From: an uncultured Bacteroides sp.
GTDB taxonomy: Bacteria > Bacteroidota > Bacteroidia > Bacteroidales > GCA-2748055
Reading direction: 5' to 3'
Length of the DNA stretch: 64,000 bases
Assembly: GCA_964579515.1 (NCBI GenBank)
Contig: CAZOHA010000002.1
Coordinates: forward strand, 4,027-68,026
The translations under genes and the position numbers were made by a program. This document shows, one piece after another, positions 19,950-28,213 of the stretch (positions are counted from its first letter, which is position 1; each line of letters begins with the position of its first letter). The notes beneath the pieces are model-generated. The model was not told the origin of the DNA. It saw only the letters and a program-made list of their open reading frames with translations, and did not search any database.

Positions 19950-19979
19950 CAAATATACATAATTCTATTACGATTCAAA
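19950..19979 (-). promoter_or_regulatory. Candidate Bacteroidota sigma-A promoter for gltBD (-33 TTTG / -7 TATATTTG)
   Basis: The minus strand reads TTTG, an 18-nt spacer, then TATATTTG. Both consensus elements are present at consensus-like spacing. The -7 box ends about 160 nt upstream of the gltB ATG. Confidence 0.5.
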
Positions 19980-20027
19980 GCGCTTGCCTGACTTTTAGCT
20001 TATTTTTTCAACAAAATCAGGTACTCC

Positions 20028-20044
20028 ACTTTCAAAGTGAAAGT
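20028..20044. promoter_or_regulatory. Perfect 7-3-7 palindrome ACTTTCA-AAG-TGAAAGT upstream of the gltB promoter candidate
   Basis: An inverted repeat read directly from the sequence. It lies about 50 nt upstream of the -33 element, in an AT-rich spacer. Confidence 0.3.
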
Positions 20045-20144
20045 TATAAAGAGAGGGGCTCTATCAGAAAATCCCGTTTTTGCTTTTTGGCTGTTCTCTT
20101 TTCAATGCCATTTTTGCCCGAATGGATGTTGGCAAGGAGAAACG

Positions 20145-20160
20145 AAAAAGGGGCTGCCCC
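20145..20160 (-). terminator. Weak intrinsic terminator candidate downstream of amtB
   Basis: The minus strand reads GGGGCAGCCCC followed by TTTTT, 65 nt after the amtB stop. The stem is only 4 bp. Confidence 0.3.
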
Positions 20161-20224
20161 GTATGAGACAACCCCCCCGGCCAGCCAGGTTCTCTGGCAG
20201 GCACCGCATAGATCTGCTTCAGGG

Positions 20225-21469
20225 TTAATTATAAGCAGATTCACCATGTTCATACACATCGAGCCCTTCCTCCTCGATTCGGCGGGTGACTCTCAGTCCG
20301 TGGGACTTCTTGAGGATGATAAATAACAGGAATCCGAGACCGAGCGCCCAGCCGGCGACGGACAGCACTCCGATCAGCTGGGATCCGAGCTGGGCTGCCC
20401 CGCCGCCGTAGAACAGTCCATTGGTGGTATCGAACAATCCCACCAGGATCGTACCCAGGGCTCCGTTCAGACCGTGCACCGATATGGCCCCCACCGGATC
20501 ATCCACCTTCAGCACCTGGTCGATGAATTCCACTCCGAATACCAGCAGAATCCCTGCAAGGATACCGATGATCAGCGCTCCGCCGGGACTCACCACGTCG
20601 CAACCTGCAGTGATGGCCACCAGTCCGGCCAGCGCACCGTTCAGGGTAATGGAGAGCCCGGGTCTTTTGTATTTCATCCAGGTGACAGCCATGGCGGCTA
20701 CTGCACCGCCCGCAGCGGCCAGATTGGTGGTGATGAATATGTGCGCAATGGCCGATGCGTTCTCCGTTCCTGCCGCAGCCAGCTGGGAACCCGGGTTGAA
20801 ACCGAACCACCCGAACCAGAGGATGAAGACTCCCAGGGCGCCCAGGGCCAGGTTCTGTCCGGGAATGGCCTTTGCTTTTCCATCCCGTCCGTATTTACCA
20901 ATCCTGGGACCGATCACCGCCGATCCTGCAAGCCCTACCCAGGCACCTACCGAGTGGACCACCGTGGATCCGGCAAAATCGTGAAAGGGTGTCTCCAGGG
21001 TCGACAACCATCCGCCGCCCCATACCCAGTGACCGGATATGGGATAGATAACGGCAGTGATGGCAATGCTGAAGATCAGATAGGCACTGAATTTGGTCCG
21101 TTCGGCCATGGCTCCGGAGACAATGGTCGCGGCAGTGGCTGCAAATACTGTCTGGAACATCAGGGACGCCTTGTCGGGCACTCCGTTCACTTCATCGCTG
21201 GAGAAAAAAAGAGAGATCTTTCCAACGAATCCGCCCACGTCCTCTCCATACATCAGGGTGTAGCCCAGGAGCCAGAAGATGATCGAACCGATGGAGAAAT
21301 CCATCAGGTTCTTCATCAGGATGTTTGCTGTGTTTTTCGACCTGGTGAAGCCGGCTTCCACCAGGGCAAACCCCGGCTGCATGAACATGACCAGTACCGC
21401 GGCCACCAATATCCATATGGTATCGATCGAGATCGTGAATTCCGATACAGCTGTAGTCAATTCTTCCAT
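20225..21469 (-). CDS. amtB: Ammonium transporter (Amt family)
   Basis: Polytopic protein with motifs MQPGFALVEAGF and DFAGSTVVHSVGAWVGL. The ORF-track start at 21505 is TTG and overlaps the glnK stop. The first ATG is 21469 (MEELTT...). Confidence 0.92.
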   Translation of the reverse strand: MEELTTAVSEFTISIDTIWILVAAVLVMFMQPGFALVEAGFTRSKNTANILMKNLMDFSIGSIIFWLLGYTLMYGEDVGGFVGKISLFFSSDEVNGVPDKASLMFQTVFAATAATIVSGAMAERTKFSAYLIFSIAITAVIYPISGHWVWGGGWLSTLETPFHDFAGSTVVHSVGAWVGLAGSAVIGPRIGKYGRDGKAKAIPGQNLALGALGVFILWFGWFGFNPGSQLAAAGTENASAIAHIFITTNLAAAGGAVAAMAVTWMKYKRPGLSITLNGALAGLVAITAGCDVVSPGGALIIGILAGILLVFGVEFIDQVLKVDDPVGAISVHGLNGALGTILVGLFDTTNGLFYGGGAAQLGSQLIGVLSVAGWALGLGFLLFIILKKSHGLRVTRRIEEEGLDVYEHGESAYN

Positions 21470-21501
21470 GATTTCGAATTTTTTCTTTGTACAATTTGTT
21501 G

Positions 21502-21849
21502 TCAATCTTTGATATACAGCGATTCATCGCCCCTCTCACCGGTCCTGATCCGGATGCTTTCGTCGACGGTGGAGACGAATATTTTACCGTCACCCACCTC
21601 CCCGGTACGAGCCGATTTCAACACCGCCTCAATGGTTCTTTCCAGGTTGATGTCCCGCACGACGATCTGCAGGTAGAGCCGCTCTATGGTGCTGGTATCG
21701 TAAGCGATTCCGCGGTAGACTCTGCTTTCCCGGGCCATTCCCACTCCTCTGGCTTCCCAGAAGGAGAAGAATTCGATCCCGTTTTCATGAAGGGCCTCTT
21801 TGACCTCTTCGAACTTGGTTTTTCGAACAATTGCTTCAATCTTTTTCAT
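21502..21849 (-). CDS. glnK: P-II family nitrogen regulatory protein
   Basis: 115 aa. MKKIEAIVRKTKFEEVKEAL..., the T-loop region with YRG, and the C-terminal GDGKIFV are typical of PII. Lies immediately upstream of amtB. Confidence 0.88.
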   Translation of the reverse strand: MKKIEAIVRKTKFEEVKEALHENGIEFFSFWEARGVGMARESRVYRGIAYDTSTIERLYLQIVVRDINLERTIEAVLKSARTGEVGDGKIFVSTVDESIRIRTGERGDESLYIKD

Positions 21850-21904
21850 GGTTTTCAGATTTTTATGGGATAGATTGTGCTCTCAGATGGTGCAGCCTTT
21901 TTGA

Positions 21905-22594
21905 TCAGAAGGAGATCCCCACCACCACATGGAACTGTTCCTGTTCCGGGTTCAGGATCAGAGCGCCGCTCACCGGAAGCGAAAAAGAGTCTGTGATTTC
22001 GATCTCTGTGGAACTGGTGATTCCGATATTGCAGACTGCAAATTCTCCGTCGGTGGTATGCCAGCCGTCACCGGCACCCACGAATACTCCGAAATTGTCG
22101 AAGGAGTATCCCAGTTCGAAATACAAGTCTCCTCCTGATGTTCCGGCACCGCCCGCCTCGTTGATCATATAGTTGGCCCCGACCGAAAAGCCGGCGATCT
22201 CATAACCCAGGTTCACCTCCAGACCGTGTGCCCCGGTGGAATCGGAAAAATCGAAGTATTGTGTACCGGGATAGTAGTAATCGGTAAGACCGACGCTGAG
22301 TCCGAAATCGAACCCGTAGGATAGGTACAGATCGGCCTCGGCAGCCTCATTGGTGGTGAAACAGTAGGAACCCCATCCCCCAACGGTGAAGTTTCCCAGG
22401 GCCAGTTCGACATAAGGTTGGATGGCGGGGCCCGTTCCGAATTTCGATCCTCTCCAGAGATAGCTGCTCACCAGGTCTCCTCCCGCACTGAACGGGGAGG
22501 AAGAATCATCCTGTCCTTTCGTAAGGGCGGGGATTCCGATCAATGTGGCAACAAAGATGGCCACCAGGCCTCTGTGTAAATCTGTCCTCTTCAT
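21905..22594 (-). CDS. Outer-membrane beta-barrel (porin-like) protein, first gene of the glnK-amtB operon
   Basis: Start taken at ATG 22594 (MKRTDLHRGLVAIFVATLIGIPALTKGQ, a signal peptide). The body is Gly/Tyr/aromatic-rich with alternating residues and ends in ...VVVGISF with a terminal Phe. Confidence 0.7.
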   Translation of the reverse strand: MKRTDLHRGLVAIFVATLIGIPALTKGQDDSSSPFSAGGDLVSSYLWRGSKFGTGPAIQPYVELALGNFTVGGWGSYCFTTNEAAEADLYLSYGFDFGLSVGLTDYYYPGTQYFDFSDSTGAHGLEVNLGYEIAGFSVGANYMINEAGGAGTSGGDLYFELGYSFDNFGVFVGAGDGWHTTDGEFAVCNIGITSSTEIEITDSFSLPVSGALILNPEQEQFHVVVGISF

Positions 22595-22633
22595 AGCTGT
22601 AAGAATTTGGGTTAGTTGAATAACAATTCGAAG

Positions 22634-22641
22634 CAAAAGTA
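22634..22641 (-). promoter_or_regulatory. Candidate -7 promoter box (TACTTTTG) for the porin-glnK-amtB operon
   Basis: Plus-strand CAAAAGTA is TAnnTTTG on the minus strand. The box ends 39 nt upstream of ATG 22594, in a very AT-rich divergent control region. Confidence 0.35.
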
Positions 22642-22724
22642 TGAAATTAAATTTCAAACCCTCACAAAACAGGGGGTAAATGTTCAAAAAAATATGCAAA
22701 AATATATTATACCCCTATATATAT

Positions 22725-22733
22725 GGGGGGGGG
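22725..22733. repeat. G9 homopolymer tract in the divergent intergenic region
   Basis: Nine consecutive G residues (tatatatGGGGGGGGGtgtac) are embedded in AT-rich sequence. They lie between the porin-glnK-amtB operon and the isochorismatase-like gene. Confidence 0.9.
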
Positions 22734-22856
22734 TGTACAAAAAAATATAAAATAATAGAAAATACCCCCTTTTATTCTTTTCCTGACATGTACTCTTCCG
22801 GTTGATTTATATCACTCAATTCCCTAAATTGGAAACCGAAAATCCTCCTCTCCGAT

Positions 22857-23459
22857 ATGAAAATGAAATCTGCCCCCCTGGCAGAATGGCCTCTTTTCAT
22901 TCTGCTAATCCTTGCAGCCCCATCGGTAAAAGCGCAGGAAACCGGACTTTTACTGGTGGATATCCAGCAATTCTATTTTCCAGGCGGCCAGTGGCAGCTG
23001 GAGGATCCGGAGAGTGCAGGCATGAATGCAGGTATACTGCTGGAGGAGTTCCGGAGTCACGGGCTTAAGGTCTATCATATCCGGCATAGCGTGGAAAAGG
23101 GCGGGGATTTCCATCCCTATGTGAAACCGCAGGCAGGAGAGGCGGTTATCTCCAAACAGGAGATCAATCCGTTCCTGTCGACCCGGCTGGAGGAATTACT
23201 GCGTGCCGATTCGATCGACCGGCTGGTGATTTGCGGAATGCAGACCCACCTGTGTGTGGAAGCCGCAGTAAGAGCTGCTCATGACCTGGGCTTCAGCTGC
23301 ACCCTCATATCCGATGCCTGCGCCACCAGGTCACTTCAGTTCGAGGAACATATCATTCCGGCCAGGTACGTCCATTTTTCCACCCTGACAAGCCTCGCAG
23401 ACGGATATGCCCGGATCATCACCACGGCTGAGCTACTTCGGGAATCTAAATCCTATTAA
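22857..23459 (+). CDS. Isochorismatase-family cysteine hydrolase with N-terminal signal peptide
   Basis: 200 aa. Signal peptide LFILLILAAPSVKAQE. The core LLLVDIQ...LVICGMQTHLCV carries the catalytic Cys context. Confidence 0.75.
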   Translation: MKMKSAPLAEWPLFILLILAAPSVKAQETGLLLVDIQQFYFPGGQWQLEDPESAGMNAGILLEEFRSHGLKVYHIRHSVEKGGDFHPYVKPQAGEAVISKQEINPFLSTRLEELLRADSIDRLVICGMQTHLCVEAAVRAAHDLGFSCTLISDACATRSLQFEEHIIPARYVHFSTLTSLADGYARIITTAELLRESKSY

Positions 23460-23475
23460 TCCTATTCAATTGTAT

Positions 23476-23483
23476 TATCTTTG
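23476..23483 (+). promoter_or_regulatory. Candidate -7 promoter box (TATCTTTG) for tal
   Basis: Matches TAnnTTTG and ends 14 nt upstream of ATG 23498. It is the identical octamer to the box at 349-356. Confidence 0.35.
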
Positions 23484-23497
23484 GTCACTGATCAAAG

Positions 23498-24466
23498 ATG
23501 AACCCCATGAATACCCTGGAACAACTGAAACAATTCACTCAGGTGGTAGCGGACACCGGCGATTTCGAAACCATGAAGAGTTACCGTCCGGTCGATGCCA
23601 CCACCAATCCGTCACTGATTTATGCCGCCACCCAGAAGGAGGCCTATGCCCCCCTGGTGGATAAGGCCGTCGATTTCGGGAAAAGATCAGGAAGTGACAG
23701 TGCGCACCGTTTGACCGATGCCATGGATATGCTCTCGGTGCTGTTCGGCCTGGAGATCCTGAAGATCGTACCCCGACGGGTCTCCACCGAAGTGGATTCC
23801 CGGTTGTCATTTGACACGGATGCCACCATTGCCAAGGCAATGAAGCTGATCGGGATGTACGAGGAATTCGGCATCCCCAGGGAAAAGGTTCTGATCAAAG
23901 TGGCATCGACCTGGGAGGGTATCAATGCAGCCCGGGAACTGGAAAAGGAGGGGATTCATTGTAATCTGACTCTTCTTTTCAGCATGGCGCAGGCCATTGC
24001 CTGTGCAGAAGCGAATGTGCAGCTGATCTCCCCGTTTGTGGGAAGGATCTATGACTGGCACCGGAAAGAGCGGGGTGTGGATCATATCCCGGGCACTGAG
24101 GATCCGGGGGTTCATTCGGTGAAGAGTATTTTCAATTATTACAAGAGGTTCGGATTCAGTACCGAAGTGATGGGAGCATCATTCAGGAATACAGAGGAGA
24201 TCATTGAACTGGCCGGTTGCGATCTTCTGACCATCTCCCCCCGGCTGCTGGCTGAACTGGAAGGTTCGCAGGAGAAGGTGGAGAGGAAGCTGGATCCTTC
24301 CCTGGCCCGGGAAATGGAGATCCGGAAGATTTCGCTGGATGAAAAGGAGTTTCGCTGGATGCATAATGAAGATCCGATGGCCGTGGAGAAGCTTTCGGAC
24401 GGCATCCGCCGCTTCACTGCCGATCACATGAAACTGGAGGAACGGGTGGGTTCCAGAATGATTTGA
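23498..24466 (+). CDS. tal: Transaldolase
   Basis: 322 aa. Motifs VADTGDF, ATTNPSL and the Schiff-base Lys context [11 protein letters not shown]. Confidence 0.92.
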   Translation: MNPMNTLEQLKQFTQVVADTGDFETMKSYRPVDATTNPSLIYAATQKEAYAPLVDKAVDFGKRSGSDSAHRLTDAMDMLSVLFGLEILKIVPRRVSTEVDSRLSFDTDATIAKAMKLIGMYEEFGIPREKVLIKVASTWEGINAARELEKEGIHCNLTLLFSMAQAIACAEANVQLISPFVGRIYDWHRKERGVDHIPGTEDPGVHSVKSIFNYYKRFGFSTEVMGASFRNTEEIIELAGCDLLTISPRLLAELEGSQEKVERKLDPSLAREMEIRKISLDEKEFRWMHNEDPMAVEKLSDGIRRFTADHMKLEERVGSRMI

Positions 24467-24473
24467 AAGAAAG

Positions 24474-25088
24474 ATGGTTAAAGAGCTAAAGGATCAGATC
24501 AGAGAGGTGCTGGAGAGAGAAGCGGATGCGATCCGTTCGATCCCCGTAACTCCCGAATATGGAAAAGTGGTGGAGCTGATCCACGAGAAGGTGCATACCA
24601 AAGGGGGAAAGGTGATTGCCAGCGGCATGGGAAAAGCCGGGCATGTGGCCAATCACGTGGCCACCACGCTCAGTTCCACCGGCACTCCCGCACTCTTTCT
24701 TCATCCCAGCGAAGCGCAGCACGGCGACCTGGGAGTGATCCGGGAGAACGATGTGCTGCTCCTTTTTTCCAACTCGGGGAAGACCAGGGAGATCCTGGAG
24801 CTGGTCGAGCTGACCCATGCCCTTCATCCGGGGATCCCGCTGGTGATCATTACCGGGAACCCGGAGGGTTCATTGGCCAGGGCCACCCAGCTGGTCCTTT
24901 TCACAGGTAATCCCCCTGAGGTTTGTCCCCTGGGACTCACGCCCACCACCTCAGCCACCACCATGGCGGTAATTGGGGATGTGCTGGTGGTTTTGATGAT
25001 GAAGAGAATCCGGTTTTCTGCCCTGGATTATGCCAGAAGGCATCACGGCGGATATCTGGGAGAAAAATCAAGAAATCATCGATTATGA
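24474..25088 (+). CDS. SIS-domain sugar-phosphate isomerase, KpsF/GutQ-like but lacking CBS domains (single-domain arabinose-5-phosphate isomerase type)
   Basis: 204 aa. GKVIASGMGKAGHVANHVATTLSSTGTPALFLHPSEAQHGDLG parallels the KpsF N-terminal SIS domain. No CBS pair follows. Confidence 0.75.
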   Translation: MVKELKDQIREVLEREADAIRSIPVTPEYGKVVELIHEKVHTKGGKVIASGMGKAGHVANHVATTLSSTGTPALFLHPSEAQHGDLGVIRENDVLLLFSNSGKTREILELVELTHALHPGIPLVIITGNPEGSLARATQLVLFTGNPPEVCPLGLTPTTSATTMAVIGDVLVVLMMKRIRFSALDYARRHHGGYLGEKSRNHRL

Positions 25089-25627
25089 GAATAGAAAAAA
25101 GTGATTCATCAGCCCTGGTCATCGATATTCAGGAGAAACTGTTCCCCCATATGGTGGATAAGGAAGATTTTCTGCAGCGGACCCTGGTGCTGCTGGAAGG
25201 ACTGAAGATCCTTGAGGTGCCTGTCCAGATGACCGAACAGTATCCCCGGGGGCTGGGGCCCACGCTGGAACCGGTGGCAAAGGTACTCCCCTCCCTTTCG
25301 CCCGTAGAAAAGATAGCTTTCTCCTGCTGCGATGAGCCCTCCATCCTGCTGGAACTGGAGCGCTCGGGTAAAAAAACAGTGATTATCTGCGGAATAGAGG
25401 CCCACGTCTGTGTCCTGCAAACCGTGACCGACCTGATCGCCGCGGGATTCCTTCCGGTGGTGGTGGCCGACTGCATCTCCTCCCGGCGTGCGGAGGATAA
25501 AAAGGTCGCTCTGGAACGAATGAGATCGGAAGGGGCTGTTATCACCACCAGTGAATCGATCCTGTTCGAGCTGACCAGGGCAGCGGGAAATGAGACATTC
25601 AAGGCTATTTCAAAACTGGTGAAATAG
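25085..25627 (+). CDS. Isochorismatase-family hydrolase (cytoplasmic paralogue)
   Basis: Start taken at ATG 25085 (MRIEKSDSSALVIDIQEKLF), an ATGA overlap with the upstream stop. Motif ICGIEAHVCVLQT. The ORF-track start at 24923 would overlap the SIS gene. Confidence 0.8.
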   Translation: MRIEKSDSSALVIDIQEKLFPHMVDKEDFLQRTLVLLEGLKILEVPVQMTEQYPRGLGPTLEPVAKVLPSLSPVEKIAFSCCDEPSILLELERSGKKTVIICGIEAHVCVLQTVTDLIAAGFLPVVVADCISSRRAEDKKVALERMRSEGAVITTSESILFELTRAAGNETFKAISKLVK

Positions 25628-25636
25628 GGGGTTTCG

Positions 25637-26581
25637 ATGCCGAAGATCTTTGCCGTAGGGGAAACCATACTCGACATTATATTCAGGGATGACCAGCCGC
25701 AGACCGCCAAGCCTGGCGGGTCCTCCTTCAACGCTGCCATCACTCTGGGAAGGCTGGGTGCCCCCATCACTTTTATCAGCGAAATGGGGAAGGACAGGGT
25801 GGGGGACCTCATTCAGAGATTCATGGAAAAAAACGGCGTGAATGCCCGTTATGTCTCCAGGTATGAGGAGGGTCAGTCGGCTGTCTCCCTGGCTTTTCTG
25901 AACGAGAAAAGCGACGCGGAGTATATGTTCTATAAGGATTATCCCTACCAGCGTCTGGAGGTCGGGTTTCCGCAGTTCACCGAGAACGACCTGCTGCTTT
26001 TCGGATCATTTTACGCCCTGAATCCCGGGATCAGGCCCAGGGTCAGGGAGCTCCTGCTGAAGGCGTCCGGTGCGGGCGCCACCCTTCTCTACGATCCCAA
26101 TTTCCGGCGGAACCACCTTCCCAACCGGGAGCTGCTTCTACCGGTTATCCGCGAGAACCTGGAATTTGCTTCCATAGTCAGAGCTTCCGATGAGGACCTG
26201 CTGCACATTTTCGGGACCGGAAGCCCCGAGGAAGCCTGGGAGAAGATACGGCCCTGCTGTGGTGTTCTGGTCTACACTGCCAATGCGCACGGCGTCCACC
26301 TGAGGACCGGGAAGGTCAGCCTGGAGGTGGAGGTGGAGCGGATCGATCCGGTGAGTACCATCGGTGCAGGTGATACCTTCAATGCAGGACTTGCATACGG
26401 GATCTGGAGGAACGGTATTGCCCGGTCAGATCTGGAATTGCTCAGTGAAGATGTCTGGAAGGAACTGATCGAAATGGCGGTCCGGTTTTCCAGAGAGGTT
26501 TGCCTGAGTTACGAAAATTACCTGCCCGGGGAGATAGCCGCACAGTTTGTCGGCGGCTCGGATTCAGATAAAAGTACTTAA
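25637..26581 (+). CDS. PfkB-family carbohydrate kinase (fructokinase-like)
   Basis: 314 aa. N-terminal GETILDI...GGSSFN and C-terminal GAGDTFNAG signatures. Confidence 0.85.
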   Translation: MPKIFAVGETILDIIFRDDQPQTAKPGGSSFNAAITLGRLGAPITFISEMGKDRVGDLIQRFMEKNGVNARYVSRYEEGQSAVSLAFLNEKSDAEYMFYKDYPYQRLEVGFPQFTENDLLLFGSFYALNPGIRPRVRELLLKASGAGATLLYDPNFRRNHLPNRELLLPVIRENLEFASIVRASDEDLLHIFGTGSPEEAWEKIRPCCGVLVYTANAHGVHLRTGKVSLEVEVERIDPVSTIGAGDTFNAGLAYGIWRNGIARSDLELLSEDVWKELIEMAVRFSREVCLSYENYLPGEIAAQFVGGSDSDKST

Positions 26582-26600
26582 AAACAGTGGATGAACTGAT

Positions 26601-27596
26601 ATGGAAAAAAGAGAATTGGGACAATCGGGGGTGATGGTTTCCCCCATTGCATTCGGAGCCTGGGCCATCGGAGGCTGGATGTGGGGCGGTTCTGACCGGA
26701 AAGAGGCCCTGATGGCCATCGATGCCTGCCTGGATCATAAAATCACAACTATCGATACGGCTCCGGTATACGGCTTTGGAGCATCTGAGGAGATTGTCGG
26801 AAAGGCAATCCGGGGAAAACGCGACCGTTATGAGCTGCTGACCAAATGCGGGCTCAGGTGGGAAGGTACCAGCGGTGAGTTCTATTTCACCACCACCGAC
26901 AACGAGGGGAATGAAACCGATATCTACCGGTATTCGGGTAAGGAGAGCATCATCAGCGAATGCGAGGAGAGTCTGAAACGGCTGGGCACCGACTATATCG
27001 ACCTATTCCAGGTACACTGGCCCGATCCCACGACCCCCATTGAAGAGTCCATGGAGGCGATGCAGATCCTTCTGGATCAGGGTAAGATCCGGGCTGCCGG
27101 GGTCAGCAATTACACGATGGAGCAGATGAAGCGTGCTGCAGGTGCGGTGGACCTGAGCTCCAACCAGGTACCATACAGCATGGTCCGCCGGGAGATCGAA
27201 CAGGATATCGTTCCGTGGTGCAGGGAGAACCACTGCAGCATACTGGCATACAGTCCCCTTCAGAGAGGATTGCTCACCGGGAAGATCACTCCCGACTATC
27301 CCTTCGCCCCGGGAGATTCCAGGCCCGAGACCCCTCATTTCAGGATCAACAATCTGATCAAGATCAACCAGTTCCTGGACGGGATCAGGCCGGTTGCCAC
27401 CGAAAAAGGGATCACCCTGGCGCAGCTGGTCATTGCCTGGACCCTGCAGATGCCGGGGATCACCGTTGCCCTGGTGGGTGCACGGAATCCGGACCAGGTG
27501 GCCCAGAACGCCGGTGCGCTGAATGTGACTCTTTCCGGACAGGAGATGGACCTGATCAATGAGAGGCTGGACCGACTGGAGCTGGACCTGAACTGA
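26601..27596 (+). CDS. Aldo/keto reductase
   Basis: 331 aa. LGQSGVMVSPIAFGAWAIGG...IDTAPVYGFG...DLFQVHWPD. Confidence 0.88.
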   Translation: MEKRELGQSGVMVSPIAFGAWAIGGWMWGGSDRKEALMAIDACLDHKITTIDTAPVYGFGASEEIVGKAIRGKRDRYELLTKCGLRWEGTSGEFYFTTTDNEGNETDIYRYSGKESIISECEESLKRLGTDYIDLFQVHWPDPTTPIEESMEAMQILLDQGKIRAAGVSNYTMEQMKRAAGAVDLSSNQVPYSMVRREIEQDIVPWCRENHCSILAYSPLQRGLLTGKITPDYPFAPGDSRPETPHFRINNLIKINQFLDGIRPVATEKGITLAQLVIAWTLQMPGITVALVGARNPDQVAQNAGALNVTLSGQEMDLINERLDRLELDLN

Positions 27597-27622
27597 ATTG
27601 CCGCCGTAACCTCCGCCGGGAA

Positions 27623-28144
27623 TCATTCCTCAAGCCGGAAAATCTCTTCCGGGGTGGTCCGGTCCAGAAGCATTCCCCTGTTCCATCCGTCCGCATAGAC
27701 CTGGATGATGTTTACCTGGTCCTCGAACTGATCGGTGAGCATGGTATTCCTGATCTCCAGGGTCACGGGTTTTGCGGTCTGCTCCGATTCCAGGTAACAC
27801 CAGATGGCCTCTCCCTCCCTCTCCTTCCCCAGGTAAGTGAGCGGAAGAAGGCCCCCGTCTGCCGAGAGGGAGAAATGTTCCTTCATATAGAGATGAAAGA
27901 GGCTGTCATCTCTTTCGCTCTCCAGTTCAGTGCCCAGATGGGTGGAGAATCCGTAGGAGTGAAAAAGGGCCCGGTCGATATCATCCGGAAAGAGGCGCAT
28001 GGTAATCTCGAACCTGGAGGAGCCGGGGTTGAAGCGGATCTCGGTCAGACTCACGTAAAATTCATGGACGAATGAGACGGTTCCGAGTATGGCTGCGGCC
28101 AGCAGCAAGGGGATGGTCCATTTTTTTTTAACCATGTACGTCAA
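27623..28144 (-). CDS. Hypothetical membrane-anchored protein (recalls the Bacteroidota DUF6702 type)
   Basis: 173 aa. An N-terminal TM/signal anchor is followed by HEFYVSLTEIRFNPGSSRFEITMRLFPDDIDRAL. Divergent from the M1 peptidase. The family assignment is from memory only. Confidence 0.6.
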   Translation of the reverse strand: MTYMVKKKWTIPLLLAAAILGTVSFVHEFYVSLTEIRFNPGSSRFEITMRLFPDDIDRALFHSYGFSTHLGTELESERDDSLFHLYMKEHFSLSADGGLLPLTYLGKEREGEAIWCYLESEQTAKPVTLEIRNTMLTDQFEDQVNIIQVYADGWNRGMLLDRTTPEEIFRLEE

Positions 28145-28213
28145 GGTGAACCGGGATTTCTCTGCAAAGATGAGATTTCTTTTTATTTTAGAAGGTTGAT
28201 TATTTCCATTAAA

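Noticed and set aside
19943-20326. ORFs of 60-127 aa inside the amtB-gltB spacer (19943-20326 +, 20037-20228 +, 20044-20259 -).
   Set aside because: They have low-complexity, AT-rich-derived translations with no motifs, and they run into amtB coding sequence. The region is better explained as promoter, leader and terminator space.
21850-21904. A possible hairpin or terminator between the porin-like gene and glnK.
   Set aside because: The apparent repeats (GTGC...GTGC) are direct, not inverted, and I could draw no stable stem. The genes are probably co-transcribed.
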